Shown in pieces: positions 63,379-64,000 of a DNA stretch of 64,000 nucleotides; position 1 is the first letter of the stretch; every line of letters begins with the position of its first letter. Origin of the DNA: a virus (Duplodnaviria > Heunggongvirae > Uroviricota > Caudoviricetes); IMG/VR virus record IMGVR_UViG_3300022750_000190; one strand, given 5' to 3'. Under the pieces are notes generated by a model, which worked only from the letters and a program-made list of their open reading frames with translations, did not search any database and was not told the DNA's origin. Both the position numbers and the translations under genes were made by a program.

Positions 63379-63993
63379 ATGACATCGCATCCATTACCAG
63401 CAAAAGGCAAAGGCAGCAAAAATATCAACATGGCTCGCAATGTGGGTATTGCTATTGCTAAAAGTTATTTTGAAGATATGCTCGATCCTGAAATGCAAGG
63501 ATTCATGTTTAGCTGGGATGACGAACGTATCCCAATGGTTGAGTCTAATCTTTTTATGTATTACAGGGCTATTCCCAAAAACCTTGATGAACTCAAAATC
63601 ATTGCTCATGATGCAGCGAAAATCGAATTCAACAATTTGAAAGAAGAATACTTAAAAACCCATGAAAAATTACCACTTAATGTTTTTTCAGACGAAGAGT
63701 CTATTTCTCGTTTTGTTTCACTTTTAACTCGAAATCATATTAATCTTTCCCAATCAAAATTTTATGCAGAAAAAGAGAAAGCAGGAATCAAGATTACACA
63801 AGAAAATTGGAAAACATTTTATCTTGATGAAGTCACAGTTGAAACCTTGCGGGAATCTGCTATTCAACGTTCAGAAAAGGTATTCAACCAAAAGAATACA
63901 TCCGATATTGTTAAAGATGAAGTCATGAAACAAGTCAATATTTATTATGACAACATTACTGATTTGGAATCTATGCTTTATACTTCAAAATAG
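63379..63993 (+). CDS. hypothetical protein
   Basis: 204-aa ORF with RBS AGGAAT. Confidence 0.5.
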   Translation: MTSHPLPAKGKGSKNINMARNVGIAIAKSYFEDMLDPEMQGFMFSWDDERIPMVESNLFMYYRAIPKNLDELKIIAHDAAKIEFNNLKEEYLKTHEKLPLNVFSDEESISRFVSLLTRNHINLSQSKFYAEKEKAGIKITQENWKTFYLDEVTVETLRESAIQRSEKVFNQKNTSDIVKDEVMKQVNIYYDNITDLESMLYTSK

Positions 63994-64000
63994 AAATAAT

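Noticed and set aside
1-64000. Prophage or integrative element signals (integrase, att repeats, IS elements)
   Set aside because: No integrase, transposase or recombinase motifs and no flanking direct repeats were seen. Gene content (denV, HNH, tRNA array, tiny early ORFs) fits a virulent phage genome segment.

Overview
This window reads as an AT-rich early or accessory region of a large virulent T4-like or jumbo-type phage; that classification is an inference from gene content. About 120 short, tightly packed ORFs sit in several strand blocks, separated by many sigma70-type promoters (TTGACA-17-TATAAT) and hairpin plus U-tract terminators. The dominant non-coding feature is a tRNA gene array at 1.85-6.02 kb, with extra tRNA copies at 7.3, 24.7 and 30.5 kb. 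It contains about 14 canonical tRNAs with CCA encoded: tRNA-Leu(UAA) in three copies, CAU-anticodon tRNAs in four copies, tRNA-Arg(UCU) in two copies, and single Ser(UGA), Asn(GUU), Thr(UGU) and a type-II Leu-like tRNA. Interleaved with these are several tRNA-like genes that do not fold canonically, some with extended anticodon arms. Further structured RNAs are a tandem 2x2 array of roughly 140-nt elements and two homologous roughly 165-170-nt RNAs whose ends form a covarying tRNA acceptor stem plus T-arm and CCA. Recognisable proteins are a T4 endonuclease V (DenV) homolog, tryptophanyl-tRNA synthetase, a ThyA-family pyrimidine hydroxymethylase or methylase carrying the Asp substitution typical of dCMP-specific enzymes, two HNH homing-endonuclease-like genes, an SPFH/band-7 protein, a DUF4116 repeat protein, lipoproteins including a trypsin-like protease, a DUF2807-like beta-helix protein, and a 43-aa ArfA (alternative ribosome-rescue factor) homolog whose stop codon lies in the loop of its own terminator hairpin. 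Several small paralog families were found, some shorter than the 60-aa ORF-track cutoff. Coordinates of non-coding features were counted by hand and may be off by 1-2 nt. No CRISPR array, integrase, reverse transcriptase or rRNA was found.
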